In this document: piece by piece, positions 26,136-40,549 of the stretch
How positions within the stretch are numbered: the stretch's first letter is position 1
How the letters are laid out: each line of letters begins with the position of its first letter
Assembly: GCA_964016885.1 (NCBI GenBank)
Contig: OZ024744.1
Coordinates: 100,130,001 to 100,194,000 of the forward strand
Direction of reading: 5' to 3'
Origin: Eledone cirrhosa
Lineage: Eukaryota
Length of the DNA: 64,000 bases
Made by a program: the position numbers and the translations under genes
Notes under the pieces: model-generated
Database searches by the model: none
What the model was told of the DNA's origin: nothing
The model's input: the letters and a program-made list of their open reading frames with translations, nothing else

Positions 26136-26295
26136 AAAATATTCCGTAGAATCCGTGTTAAAGTGTCCATCGAGAATCAAAGCTTTCCATTCTTTTAACA
26201 ACCTTCTCTACTTTGTCTATCAGTATTTTCGTGTAGAGAGTGTTAGAAGGTGTTGGGATATTCTTTACAGAGTAGTCCAAAGGGTATCTATCCAT
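26136..26295 (-). pseudogene. N-terminus of a Penelope-like RT/GIY-YIG ORF (frameshifted, truncated)
   Basis: MDRYPLDYSVKNIPTPSNTLYTKILIDKVEKVVKRM/(W)KALIL resembles the YSxKNIP...Y...LI.K.E..IKRMRWKA start recalled from invertebrate Penelope-like ORFs; not searched. Confidence 0.7.
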
Positions 26296-26999
26296 GTTCA
26301 GTATTGGTTTAAAATCCTATGACTGAAGAGTGCTCGACTTTAAAAGGGCTGGAAGATGCCAATCTCATAAAGATGTAGAATATGCTGCGATCATTCCCTT
26401 GGGAGCTGTATAAGTATTGAAATTTCCGTTGAAAACAGAAAAGGTCATAGAAGTGAAGAGTGCTCTATGTAAGTATCAGAGCAAAATTTAATGTATAAAA
26501 ATCAATACAATATAATTACCTCATATCCCGAATGAGGCGAATACGAAAGAAACGTCTTCATTCGTTCTTCAGACGAGGCAATATAAAACAGGGGTAAATA
26601 CTTGGAAAGTCTCATCATTTATATTTATTTTTTTTTTTATTTTTTTTTTTATTTTTATTTATTTATTTATTTATTTTTTTTTTTTTTTTACTTCACATCC
26701 ACCAATAACCCCCCCCCCCCTTTATTCGATTCACTTACCTAATATCTTTCCATTTTTTACTTCCCTATTTCCTTCACTAACTGATTACACATGTCATTTG
26801 CGTTTTCCACTCCAGATATATTTTTTATCTTTATTTTTATTTTTTATTTTTGCGCAGCCAATCTTACAATTTTATAATTTTATATTTGTACTTACTTATC
26901 CACAAGTTTTTTACACCCTGTATCAATGTGGCTGAACGCCTTAATGTGTGTATACTTTCTATATATGTACATAGCGACTACGTATGTGCGCGCGCGTGC

Positions 27000-27091
<92 letters not shown>

Positions 27092-27793
27092 GTATGTGTA
27101 TGTGTCTTTATATCCGTGTTTTTACATCTAGGTTTTATGTTTTGTTCCTTTTTTCTTCTCCCCCCTTTTTTTACATCCTCATTTTTATGCGTGTGCATGC
27201 AAACAGGTCAATAAGCGTGAGTGTAAGTATGTGTGTGTGTGTGTGTGTGTACGTATCGAACGTATGGATGTGTAAGTGTGCGTGTGTATATAAGCATGTA
27301 TATTTTTTTGCGTTTCCTTTGTGAGATATACGTGTGTGTGTATGTATGTACCTTTTTTGTCTTCTTTTCTTTAATTTTTTCTTTCTAAATTATTGTTCCA
27401 TTTTTATAAATGTATCGAGATTGATACTTTCCTTTAATTATTACACTCCCTTACCTCTTTTACTTCCGCATCTAAGTGTACGTGTGTGTAGGTGTGTTTA
27501 TGCGCGTGCCTTCATATTCTTATGATGTATCTATTCTGTCTGTAGATTACAGACATACAGATAGATACATTTGCCCTAAATTATATATTTACGCACACTT
27601 TTTCACTATACGTATACATATGTGCATACACATATATGCACATCTGTGAGCGTATATACATACATATACACACACCTAACTATATTTCTTGAAAGATTAT
27701 TATATATTTCATATTCTAATTCATTTGTCTATATCTTTTTTGTTTTTTTGTTTTTCTTGATGAGACTTTCCAAGTATTTACCCATGTTTTATA

Positions 27794-27869
27794 TTGCTTC
27801 GTCTGACGAACGAATGAAGACGTTTCTTTCGTATTCGCCTCATTCGGGAAACCTCTGGTAATGAGGTAA
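27794..27869 (+). ncRNA. Type I hammerhead ribozyme, apparently intact
   Basis: TTGCTTCGT CTGACGA A-CGAATGA...TCATTCG-G GAAA CC-TCT-GG TA ATGAGGTAA. 9-bp stem I, 7-bp stem II, GUA cleavage predicted after 27860. Confidence 0.8.
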
Positions 27870-27970
27870 TTATATTGTATTGATTTTTATACATTAAATT
27901 TTGCTCTGATACTTACATAGAGCACTCTTCACTTCTATGACCTTTTCTGTTTTCAACGGAAATTTCAATA

Positions 27971-28007
<37 letters not shown>

Positions 28008-28034
28008 GAGTTTTTCGAATATTAATAATAATAA

Positions 28035-28350
28035 TAATTGTTTCTACTTTTGGCACAAGGCCAGCAATTATCCCAGTGGTACTTTATTTTATCGACCCCG
28101 TAAGGATGAAAGGCAAAGTTAACCTCGGCGGGATTTGAACTCAGTCCGTAAAGGGACGTAACTATGCTGGAAAGCATGGCGTCCGACCCTCTACCGATAC
28201 TGCCAATCCACCACCGTAATAATATTAATATTATAATAATAATAATTGTTTCTATTTTTGGCACAAGGCCAGCAATTACCCAGTGCATTACTGGTACTTT
28301 ATTTTATCGACCCCGTAAGGATGAAAGGCAAAGTTAACCGCGGCGGGATT
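28035..28350 (-). mobile_element. Two adjacent SINE family 1 copies (28035-28216 full; 28243-28350 truncated)
   Basis: Reverse complements of the family 1 consensus. Confidence 0.9.
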
Positions 28351-28593
28351 ATACTTAGCCATAATACAGCACCTTGGATGTGGAGGTGGGGTTGTAGGTG
28401 GGGAAAGTAGAACCATGAATTCTGGGACTAAGTTGATTGAGATGACGCAAAAGTGGAATTTTGGAAAATATCATTATGATCACACGTAATTCTCAAGGAG
28501 ATTCAGTGTAAGACTTCTATACAGTCTCTGACTACCCAGTTTCACATTGGATATGATCGAACCTGGGACATAATGATGGCGAAATAAACTCAC

Positions 28594-28676
28594 AAGTTAG
28601 TCGATATCGATCTTTATAAACACTGATCGACAATAAACCAATGCTGAACATACAGATGAAGAAAGTGATCGGAAAA
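28594..28676 (-). other. Candidate 83-nt exon encoding a hydrophobic segment
   Basis: ATTCATTTCAG| acceptor and |GTGAGT donor. The only open frame is FPITFFICMFSIGLLSISVYKDRYRLT. Confidence 0.3.
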
Positions 28677-29267
28677 CTGAAATGAATTTACAACTGTTTT
28701 AGTTAATAATAATATAATATTCGATTCGTTTGCAATTATGTAAACAGCCTCTTTAAAGCCATGTCAGTAGAATGAATCTGTCATTTTTGCTCATGCGTTG
28801 GCATGTAAACAGAACTGCAGACACTAATGTTTATATATATATATAACCAAAGATTAATATAAGCATAATCCAATACAAGCGATATTCATTGATATATGTG
28901 AATAGATTTTTGATTTCTTATTTTATCTAGTATTTGAATACAACGGTTTTTTTATTCCCCTCTATTTCATATTTTCTTCTTCTTTTTCTTCCTTTTTCTT
29001 TATTCCCCTTTGTTTCCTTTTACTCTCCCCACATCTTCCCTCTCTTTTGTCTTTATTCCTCTTTTCTTTTATATATTTCTTTTCTCCTTTTATTCATTCA
29101 TCCATTTATTTATTTATTCATTTATTTATTTATTTATTTATTTATTTATTGCCTTTTCCTCTTCTTTGCACCCCCTCCCGTTATATCTCTAACTTGCTCT
29201 ACGTCCTTTTCTTCTTTAAGTTTATCATATTATTTGTGGTATAAAAACGTTGAGATTTGATGAAATA

Positions 29268-30151
29268 CGAGGTGGGTCAGAAAAGTTCCAGGACTGATGC
29301 CACAAAAGATTTATTTCAAACCCAAACTTCACACTAAGAGTTTTCTCCTTCAAAGTCCTGGAGTCTAATGCACTTTTCCATCTTTTTTTGCCATGCTTGC
29401 ATGCACTCCTGGAATGATTCTTCCGGGATCCTCCGCAGTTCCGTCGTCACAGCCTTTTTGATGTCATACACGTCTTCAAAACGCCCCCCCCCCCCGGGTC
29501 GTACTCGAAGATCCATGACTCATCACCGGTGATGACTGTCCCTAGCAAGTCTGGTTCGGTTTCAAGACGCTTGAGGATGTCCTGGCACACTTGCATGCAT
29601 GCATCGACCCTTCTGGTCATCGTTCAACAGTTTTGGCACCATCTTTGCACAAACTTTCCGCATGTCCAAATCTTCAGTGAGAATCTTCCAGACGCTGTCC
29701 CGCTCATTTGCCATCAGTCGAACAGTCAATCGACAATCGCTATGCACCATCTGCCTGATGCGCTCAACGTTGACCTCAGTCCTGGTTGTTGAGGGCCTTC
29801 CGCTCCTGGGATCATCTTTCATGTCCTCGCGTCCTTCTTTAAACCTCTTGCACCACTCAAAAACACGTGAGCGTGACATCGTCTCATCTCCATACACTTG
29901 CTGCAGCAATCCCAGTGCTTCTGATGGAGTTTTCAAGTTTGTTCGTTGCTCTGTGCTCATTGCTTGACGACCTGTAACAGAGGACATGTTTATAAAATTA
30001 TGAAGAAAAAAGTTTGATCGCTGCAGAGAGCTAAGATTACAGTTACATACTCCAGGGGGATTACTTTGAAGGAGAAAACTCTTAGTGTTAAGTCTGGGTC
30101 TGAAATAAATCTTTTGTGACATCAGTCCTGGAACTTTTCTGACACACTTCG
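29268..30151 (-). mobile_element. Internally deleted mariner transposon
   Basis: TIRs of about 90 bp and TA TSDs. Transposase remnants MSRSRVFEWCKRFKEGRED...PRSGRP, VCAKMVPKLL and a C-terminal FQECMQAW. Confidence 0.92.
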
Positions 30152-30216
30152 TAAATCACTGCCAATACTGGAATTGAATAATCAAAACCCTAGTGGTATG
30201 TCACATATCAAATCAT

Positions 30217-30278
30217 ATATTTTGTCTGATGAAAACGTACTTAAACACCATACCTTTGAAATATGTATAATAAAATAT
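30217..30278 (+). ncRNA. Hammerhead (family A-like) with a decayed stem II
   Basis: ATATTTTGT CTGATGA ... GAAA TATGTA TA ATAAAATAT; flanks resemble 41355-41490. Confidence 0.6.
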
Positions 30279-30341
30279 ATATTTTGATTATGAAAATATT
30301 TTTCATTTATTAACATTTTGAATAATATATATATATATATA

Positions 30342-30909
30342 CAGGGGTTGGACAAAATAATGGAAACACCTAGCATCATAGCATCATAATTTTGAAATAT
30401 CTATAAAACTGTCAAAAGCTTGTTTATTTTTATGTTTTTTTTATTTATTATTAGTGTTGCATAATATGTTTTGTTAACATTGCTGTTTCTTTTCAGATAT
30501 TATCAGAAAAAGGTAATTAAAATTCATTAAAATGACAGATCTATCAGACTTTGAAAGAGGTCAAATTGTTGGTGCTCGTATGGCAGACGCTAGCGTAACG
30601 AAAACAGCTGAAATGTTTGGTGTATCAAGAAGTACTGTCTCGAAAGTAATGACAGCCTTTGAGAAAGAGGGAAAAACCTCTTCGTCGAAACAAAACTCCG
30701 GAAGAAAACTAAAACTTTCAGATAGGGACCGTCGGACTCTTACGCGAATTGTTAGAAAGGATCACAAAAGTACAGCTCCCAAAATTACTGCAGAGCTTAA
30801 TGACCACCTCGAGAGCAATAAAAATAAACAAGCTTTTGACGGTTTTATAGATATTTCAAAATTATGATACTATGATGCTAGGTGTTTCCATTATTTTGTC
30901 CAACCCCTG
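30342..30909 (+). mobile_element. Internally deleted Tc1 transposon
   Basis: TIRs of about 90 bp (CAGGGGTTGGACAAAATAATGGAAACACC...) and TA TSD. The ORF at 30532 encodes a paired-like HTH N-terminus (DLSDFERGQIVG...SGRK). Confidence 0.93.
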
Positions 30910-30917
30910 TATATATA

Positions 30918-32361
30918 TCAATAATATTAATAAATAAAAGCTATCTTTATAAAACCATATTTATTTTATTATATATATTTCATGGGTACCAATATTTTTG
31001 GTACGCTCACATCAATAAAATACAAAAGTTGTTTTATATATAGTGACATATCCTAAAACAAGAAGTTATCGCTTTAAGTTCTGCTTGAATAGTGAAAGAA
31101 ATTCAAAACTTAGGATGATTATGTTAATGAGGATAACGTAAAGTTGAAAAAGATCGTTATATTTAGACGCTAGGTAAATTTAAATAATTATTAGTGTTAT
31201 TTCTTAAGAGAAGAAGAGAGTGGGGTTAATATTAATATTAGGGTATAAGAAAATTTAAGGAAAGAATATAAGAAAAACGTATATTATAGTTAGAAATAGA
31301 CTATTTGGCAATATCGGTAGAGGGCTGGACGCCATGCTTTCTAGCATAGTTACGTCCCTTTATGGTCTGAGTTCAAATCCCATCGAGGTTAACTTTGCCT
31401 TTCATCCTTACGGGGTCGATAAAATAAAGTACCAGTAATGTACTGGGTATTTGCTGACCTTGTGCCTAAAGTAGAAACAATTATTAATATATAGTTGTAT
31501 GGATCATATTAGTGATGGTGTAAAGAGAGTGAAATAATTATATTTAATTATATAATTATATAATACTACCAAAATATATAATTATATAATTAAATAAATA
31601 AATATAATTATTTCACTCTCTTTACACCATCAATAATACGATCCATACAACTATATATTAAATAATTGTTTCTACTTGTCTATTTCTAACTATAATATAC
31701 GTTTTTCTTATATTCTTTCCTTAAATTTTCTTATACCCTAATATTAATATTAACCTCGCTCTTCTTCTCTTAAGAAATAACTGTTTCTACTTTTAGGCAC
31801 AAGGCCAGCAATTACCCAGTTCATTACTGGTACTTTATTTTATCGACCCCGTAAGGATGAAAGGCAAAGTCAACCTCGGCGGGATTTGAACTCATAATAA
31901 TTATTATTTAGACCTAGCGTCTAAATATAACGATCTTTTTCAACTTTACGTTATCCTCATTAACATAATCATCCTAAGTTTTGAATTTCTTTCACTATTC
32001 AAGCAGAACTTAAAGCGATAACTTCTTGTTTTGGGATATGTCACTATATATAAAACAACTTTTGTATTTTATCTGATGAGAATGTACCAAAAATGTTGGT
32101 ACCTATGAAATATATATAATTGTTTCTACTTTTGGCACAAGGCCAGCAATTACCCACTACATTACTGGTATTTATTTTATCGACCCCGTAAGGATGAAAG
32201 GCAAAGTCAACCTCGGCGGGATATAAATATGGTTTTTATAAAGATAGTTTCCATTTATTAATATTATTGATATTATACTCCAGAAGAAAAATGCTGTAGA
32301 GTGCTTCGAATCTGTTATAAATAAATTTGTTGAATAACCAACAAATTAAATAACTCTTTGC

Positions 32362-32367
<6 letters not shown>
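30918..32367 (+). mobile_element. Penelope-like terminus (family A) forming a ~1.35-kb fold-back, interrupted by three SINE family 1 insertions
   Basis: Centre near 31570. Hammerhead at 32065-32120 (+) with a mutated mirror at about 30963-31022. Hairpin at 32277-32305. SINEs at 31303-31482 (+), 31781-31893 (-) and 32119-32220 (-). Confidence 0.8.
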
Positions 32368-32730
<363 letters not shown>

Positions 32731-32822
32731 TAAATTGACCCAGTATGTTATTTTATTGACCCCCAGATGAATGAAAATGACTACAACTAAATGCCACAAA
32801 CTATTTTGTTGTCCATCGTTCT

Positions 32823-32824
<2 letters not shown>

Positions 32825-32853
<29 letters not shown>

Positions 32854-33030
32854 GTTTTTACATCCATTTTCTATGTTAGCATAGGTTAGACGAGTTGTCC
32901 TGTTGTAGACAATACCAAGTCAGGTAACCATGTCTTGCATATATATATATATATATGACTGATTTTGGGGCTAGGTTTCTACAGCTGGATGACCTTCCTA
33001 ATACCAACCTCATTTACACTGAGTACTGAT
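32825..33030 (-). mobile_element. Degraded RTE-tailed SINE fragment
   Basis: (CAT)n tail and TTTCTACAGCTGGATG.CCTTCCTAA motif. Confidence 0.65.
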
Positions 33031-33380
33031 TCTGCCAATCTACCACCCTTGATAGCTAAATAGATAATGAGTGAATAAAAACCAGATTAAGAGAAAGTTG
33101 TTGTGTCTTATCAACAAAAATATGTAATCAAGTACTTTGATATTCTTTATCACTATTTTTTTTTTTTTTTTGTATTTTACCAACCATAAAAGACTACACC
33201 CAAAACACTACGAATATCTTTGGAAAATATGCAACAAAATAACTGGCCATGTAAAGCAAATGTGGTTAAGGACAGTTATCAGTGATGTTTAATGGAGACT
33301 CCTTCCTGAATAAATTCAGTGACTAACAAATCACGTGACACAGACAATAAAAAATTGTAATCCCAAACCAATTATATATA

Positions 33381-33418
<38 letters not shown>

Positions 33419-34382
33419 CCCACAGAGTGTCCAAATTCACCCTCCTCACCTACCTAACTGGGTGGGGTTGCCGGTATAGTCGCCAACGACCCGACCATGC
33501 ACAAAACCCGTCAAAGTGGGGAGGAACTCGGAGGGGTCAATGGTCATCCAATAAAGTTTTTTTTTTGGGGGGGGGAGCAAGAAACTCCTAGTCTTCATTA
33601 AGGAGAAGGTCACACTGATATAAAACCTGCGACTTTGTGTGCATCCAATGATGTAGACCAGTTCTTCTCTTTGGGCAAATGCATTCAATGTTCAGAGAGT
33701 AATTGGCCCTGTGTAAAATTTTTCCTCATTTAAAAAAGCTTGATATGTGACATTTTATGCGATGGATGGTATTGCTGGCCATAGGCAAGTCCCTAGCAGG
33801 ACTAAAAAGCCACGTCCATGATGATCGAGTTGCAACCATCACATATGTATAAATTAGCACAAACATGCTATCTTAAACATATGTGTTTGGCATTTATATT
33901 GAGTTTTTTGGTATATGGTAATCATACTTTTTTAAGAAGATAGAATGTGATTTGGGGGAAAAATTTGGCTGCTATTTCTAGCTTGAGTAGACCTACAATG
34001 AAATCCTTCTAGCCAACTTTGTGTGTCCTTCAGATTTGTAGATGGTAGTGTGTGAATTTGGGGAACTTTGGCTGCTATTTTTAGCAGGTTGACCTACCGC
34101 CTAGAAGCTCTCTTAGTTGTTGCTGTTGCTGTTTAGCCACAAGTTAGCAGTTATCAATCAAAGTTACAAAAGGCGTTCCAGCTACGACCATCATATCTTT
34201 TTGGTGTATCAGGATCTACAATGTCCAATGTTTCTTTTTTTTTTTTTTTTTAATGTAGAGTGTTTGATTTTAGGGAGATTTGACTGAATAATGAAAATAA
34301 AACAAAAATCAGAGATAGATGCTCTCAAGTCTAAAATTATCGTCCCATCCCATCCCACCCCCACTCCCACCTCACCCATTAA

Positions 34383-35356
34383 ATCGACCCCCCCCCCCCC
34401 AGTGCATTACTGGTTCTTTATTTTATCGAGCCCATAAGGATGAAAGGCAAAGCTAACCTTGGTAGAATTTGAACTCAGAACGTAAAGGGTCACAACTCTA
34501 TGCTGCAAAGCATGTTGTCTGACGTTTGATTGATATAATGGGTTTCTGATTTAGACACAAGGCCAACAATTTTAGGAGAGGGGTAAGTTGATTAAATCAA
34601 CCCTCATAAGAAAAGAAAGAAAAGCTGACCTAGGTGGAATTTGAACTCAGAACGTAAAGAGACATAACTCTATGCTGCAAAGCATGGTGTTAAACGCTCT
34701 ACTGATACCGCCAATCCACCACCAATCATAAAATTTTGTCTAATAATTGTTTCTACTTTCGGCACAAGGCCAGCAATTACCCAGTGCATTACTGGTACTT
34801 TATTTTATCGACCCCGTAAGGATGAAAGGCAAAGTTAACCTCGGCGGGATTTGAACTCAGACTGTAAAGGGACGTAACTCTTTGCTGGAAAACATGGCGT
34901 CCAACCCTCTACCGGTACTGCCAAATAATACCAAACATATACCTAAACAGATCTCAGGCATAATTGTTTCTACTTTTGGCACAAGGCCAACAATAATCCC
35001 AGTGTATTACTGGTACTTTATTTTATCGCCCCCCCCCCCCATAAAGGTGAAAGGCAAAGTTAAACTCGGCGGGATTTGAACTCAGACTGTAAAGGGACGT
35101 AACTCTTTGCTGGAAAGCATGGCGTCCGACCCTCTTACCGATTAGTGCCAATCCACCACCCTCAGACATAATTGTTTCTACTTTTGGCACAAGGCCAGCA
35201 ATTACCCAGTGTATTACTGGTACTTTATTTTATCGACCCCGTAAGGATGAAAGGCAAAGTTAACCTCGGCGGGATTTGAACTCAGAATGGCAAGGGCCGT
35301 AACTCTATGCGTCAAAGCATGGCGTCCGACCCTCTACCGATACTGCCAAACCACCC
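34383..35356 (-). mobile_element. Cluster of about five head-to-tail SINE family 1 copies
   Basis: Copies at about 34383-34530, 34540-34722, 34744-34925, 34961-35161 and 35169-35356. Confidence 0.9.
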
Positions 35357-35446
35357 TCAGACATAATGTCATCATGACACGATATATCAAACTACATTCT
35401 GTCTGTGATGGTTGAGAGTTTTTAAGAAGTTTACTCCTGGACTGCT

Positions 35447-37160
35447 AACATATGACATATGACATAAGCTCCTGTGATATAACTCTTCTGTCATACCTAT
35501 CTACCGTAACATATGACATAGGAAATAAGCTCCTATGATGTAACTCTTCTGTAATACCTATCTACTCTAACATAAGACATAGGAGATAAGCTCCTATGAT
35601 ATAACTCTTCTGTCATACCTATCTACCCTAACATACGTCATAAGCTCCTATGATGTAACTCTTCTGTAATACCTACCTACCCTAACATAAGACATAGGAG
35701 ATAAGCTCCTATGATATAACTCTTCTGTCATACCTATCTACCCTAACATACGTCATAAGCTCCTATGATGTAACTCTTCTGTAATACCTACCTACCCTAA
35801 CATAAGACATAGGAGATAAGCTCCTATGATATAACTCTTCTGTCATACCTATCTACCCTAACATACGTCATAAGCTCCTATGATGTAACTCTTCTGTAAT
35901 ACCTACCTACCCTAACATAAGACATAGGAGATAAGCTCCTATGATATAACTCTTCTGTCATACCTATCTACCCTAACATACGTCATAAGCTCCTATGATG
36001 TAACTCTTCTGTAATACCTACCTACCCTAACATAAGACATAGGAGATAAGCTCCTTTGATATAACTCTTCTGTCATACCTATCTACCCTAACATACGTCA
36101 TAAGCTCCTATGATGTAACTCTTCTGTAATACCTACCTACCCTAACATAAGACATAGGAGATAAGCTCCTATGATATAACTCTTCTGTCATACCTATCTA
36201 CCCTAACATACGTCATAAGCTCCTATGATGTAACTCTTCTGTAATACCTACCTACCCTAACATAAGACATAGGAGATAAGCTCCTATGATATAACTCTTC
36301 TGTCATACCTATCTACCCTAACATACGTCATAAGCTCCTATGATGTAACTCTTCTGTAATACCTACCTACCCTAACATAAGACATAGGAGATAAGCTCCT
36401 ATGATATAACTCTTCTGTCATACCTATCTACCCTAACATACGTCATAAGCTCCTATGATGTAACTCTTCTGTAATACCTACCTACCCTAACATAAGACAT
36501 AGGAGATAAGCTCCTATGATATAACTCTTCTGTCATACCTATCTACCCTAACATACGTCATAAGCTCCTATGATGTAACTCTTCTGTAATACCTACCTAC
36601 CCTAACATATGACATATAACATAACTTCCTATGATGTAACTCTTCTGTAATACCTAGCAACCCTAACATATGACATATAACATAACTTCCTATGATGTAA
36701 CTCTTCTGTAATACCTAGCAACCCTAACATATGACATATAACATAACTTCCTATGATGTAACTCTTCTGTAATACCTAGCAACCCTAACATATGACATAT
36801 AACATAACTTCCTATGATGTAACTCTTCTGTAATACATAGCAACCCTAACATATGACATATAACATAACTTCCTATGATGTAACTCTTCTGTAATACCTA
36901 GCAACCCTAACATATGACATAAGAGATAAGCTCCTATGATGTAACTCTTCTTGAAATATGAAATATTCCAATGTCTTACCCACCTACCCATCATAAGACA
37001 TAGGATGTAAGCTGCTATGATATAAATTCTGTTATACCCAGCTACCGCAATATATGACACATCATAGGTCACAAGCTCCTATGATGTAATACTTACCCAT
37101 CTACCCATCATAAGACATAGGATGTAATGTAAGCTCCTATGATGTAACTCTTTTGAAAAA
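35447..37160. repeat. Minisatellite: 115-bp dimer (61+54 bp) grading into 61-bp monomers
   Basis: TAAGCTCCTATGATGTAACTCTTCTG recurs at 35641, 35756 and onward; monomeric from about 36600. Confidence 0.95.
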
Positions 37161-37379
37161 TATACCAATAACATCATACCCCCCTACCCTAACTATTGCT
37201 AGACACTCATCGATATAGATCCTATGCTGGCCTCATCAGTCCTTTTCACAGGCTTTGCTGTGGTACTTTGCTGGGGTAGGGTAGTAACTTCCTGGGGAGG
37301 GGGGTAGTTGTTACTGACCCGACCAACTTAACAGGTTGTACTGGATTACATGTTACCAACTGCTCTCTCATTCTTGACC

Positions 37380-38782
37380 TCACACATGCACACACACATA
37401 CACACACATACACACACGTTCACATGAACACACACACACATACATACACACTCATGAACACACACACTCATGAACATACACACATACATACACACACATA
37501 CACACACGTTCATATGAACACACATACACACACAGACATTCACACAAACATACACACACAGACATTCACACAAACATACACACACACAAACATACACACA
37601 CACAGACTTTCACACAAACACAGACATTCACACAAACATACACACACAGACATTCACACAAACACACACACACACACACACATAAACACACACACACACA
37701 GACATTCACACAAACATTCACACACACAGACATTCACACAAACATTCACACACAGACATTCACACAAACACACACACACAGACATTCACACAAACACACA
37801 CAGACATTCACACAAACATACACACACAGACATTCACACAAACACACACACACAGACATTCACACAAACACACACACAGACATTCACACAAACATACACA
37901 CACACATTCACACAAACATACACACACACAGACATTCACACAAACATACACACTCACACAGACATTCACACAAACATACACACACAGACATTCACACAAA
38001 CATACACACACACACAGACATTCACACAAACATACACACACACAGACATTCACACAAACACACACACACACAGACATTCACACAAACACACACACACAGA
38101 CATTCACACAAACATACACACAGACATTCACACAAACACACACACACACAGACATTCACACTAACATACACACACACAGACATTCACACAAACATACACA
38201 CATTCACACACACATTCACACAAACATACACACACACACACACATTCACACAAACACAAACACACAGACAGTCACACAAACACACACACACACACAGACA
38301 TTCACACAAACACACACACACAGACATTCACACACACATACACACACAGACATTCACACAAACACACACACACACACAAACATTCACACAAACACACACA
38401 CACAGACATTCGCACAAACACACACACACAGACATTCACACAAACACACACACACACACAGACATTCACACAAACACACACACACAGACATTCACACACA
38501 CATACACACACAGACATTCACACAAACACACACACACACACAGACATTCACACAAACACACACACACACAGACATTCACACAAACATACACACTCACACA
38601 GACATTCACACAAACACACACACAAACATTCACACAAACACACATACACACACACAGACATTCACACAAACATACACACATTCACACACACATTCACACA
38701 AACATTCACACACACACAGACATTCACACAAACACACACACATTCACACAAACACAAACACACAGGCATTCACACAAACATA
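37380..38782. repeat. Compound (CA)-rich repeat (CACACAGACATTCACACAAA)
   Basis: Direct inspection. Confidence 0.95.
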
Positions 38783-39024
38783 CGTGCTAGATAACCTTTC
38801 TCAAATGAATACCTCTAATTATGCTAGTAGTTATCTCTCGCCTGTCAATTAGAATTCATCCCACCCAGTAAAGACATGTTTTATCAATTAAGTGGAAATG
38901 TATGAAACAAAGCTAAGACTTATTTTGCTATCTTGTTGCTGGTTATTAGAAGCATTGAAATTCAATCACTGGGGTTGGGTGAGCTATATATTTTCAAATT
39001 AACAACATATATATATATATATAA

Positions 39025-39069
39025 GTATGTATACGTACATACATATATATATATACAGACGTACAGTAG

Positions 39070-39107
<38 letters not shown>

Positions 39108-40358
39108 CTACTGTACGTCTGTATACGTACATACATATATATATACAGACGTACAGTAGTATGTATATATATATATATATACTACTGTACGTCTGTATAC
39201 GTACATACATATATGTATACAGACGTACAGTAGTATGTATATATATACATACTACTGTACGTCTGTATACGTACATACATATATGTATACAGACGTACAG
39301 TAGTATGTATATATATATGTACATACTACTGTACGTCTGTATACGTACATACATATATGTATACAGACGTACAGTAGTATGTATATATATATATACATAC
39401 TACTGTACGTCTGTATACGTACATACATATATGTATACAGACGTACAGTAGTATGTATATATATATATATACATACTACTGTACGTCTGTATACGTACAT
39501 ACATATATATATACAGACGTACAGTAGTATGTATATATATATATACATACTACTGTACGTCTGTATACGTACATACATATATGTATACAGACGTACAGTA
39601 GCATGTATATATATATATATACATACTACTGTACGTCTGTATACGTACATACATATATGTATACAGACGTACAGTAGTATGTATATATATGTACATACTA
39701 CTGTACGTCTGTATACGTATATACATATATGTATACAGACGTACAGTAGTATGTATATATATATACATACTACTGTACGTCTGTATACGTACATACATAT
39801 ATGTATACAGACGTACAGTAGTATGTATATATATATATACATACTACTGTACGTCTGTATATATATATGTATGTACGTATACAGACGTACAGTAGCATGT
39901 ATATATATATATACATACTACTGTACGTCTGTATACGTACATACATATATGTATACAGACGTACAGTAGTATGTATATATATATATATATACATACTACT
40001 GTACGTCTGTATACGTACATACATATATATATACAGACGTACAGTAGTATGTATATATATACATACTACTGTACGTCTGTATACGTACATACATATATGT
40101 ATACAGACGTACAGTAGTATGTATATATATGTACATACTACTGTACGTCTGTATACGTACATACATATATGTATACAGACGTACAGTAGTATGTATATAT
40201 ATGTACATACTACTGTACGTCTGTATACGTACATACATATATATATACAGACGTACAGTAGTATGTATATATATATATATACATACTACTGTACGTCTGT
40301 ATACGTATATACATATATGTATACAGACGTACAGTAGTATGTATATATATATATATAC
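39025..40358. repeat. Tandem array of about 18 palindromic ~72-bp units
   Basis: TATACAGACGTACAGTAGTATGTA(TA)nCATACTACTGTACGTCTGTATA separated by a CGTACATACATATATG spacer. Confidence 0.95.
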
Positions 40359-40549
40359 ATGCATGCACACATATATATATATTTACGTATGGATTCACCG
40401 AACATTTATTATAATGTTCGATGTGTTTGTAAACAAACATCCCGTATTAAGCCGTAGTGTCTAGCAACCAGTGGGAAATGAAATTTCGTTTCATTTTTTC
40501 CGTTTAAGATATATATATATATATGTATGTATATATATATGTATATATA

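Larger units (their letters stand above)
26083..27974. mobile_element. Penelope-like element remnant (family B): inverted terminal repeats plus ORF start
   Basis: Repeat of about 205 bp at 27768-27974 (+) and 26410-26616 (-), with a partial third copy at 26084-26135. The ORF N-terminus follows the minus copy. Microsatellite-rich spacer. Confidence 0.8.

Noticed and set aside
33446-33688. 80-aa minus-strand ORF
   Set aside because: No recognisable homology, and it crosses homopolymer runs.
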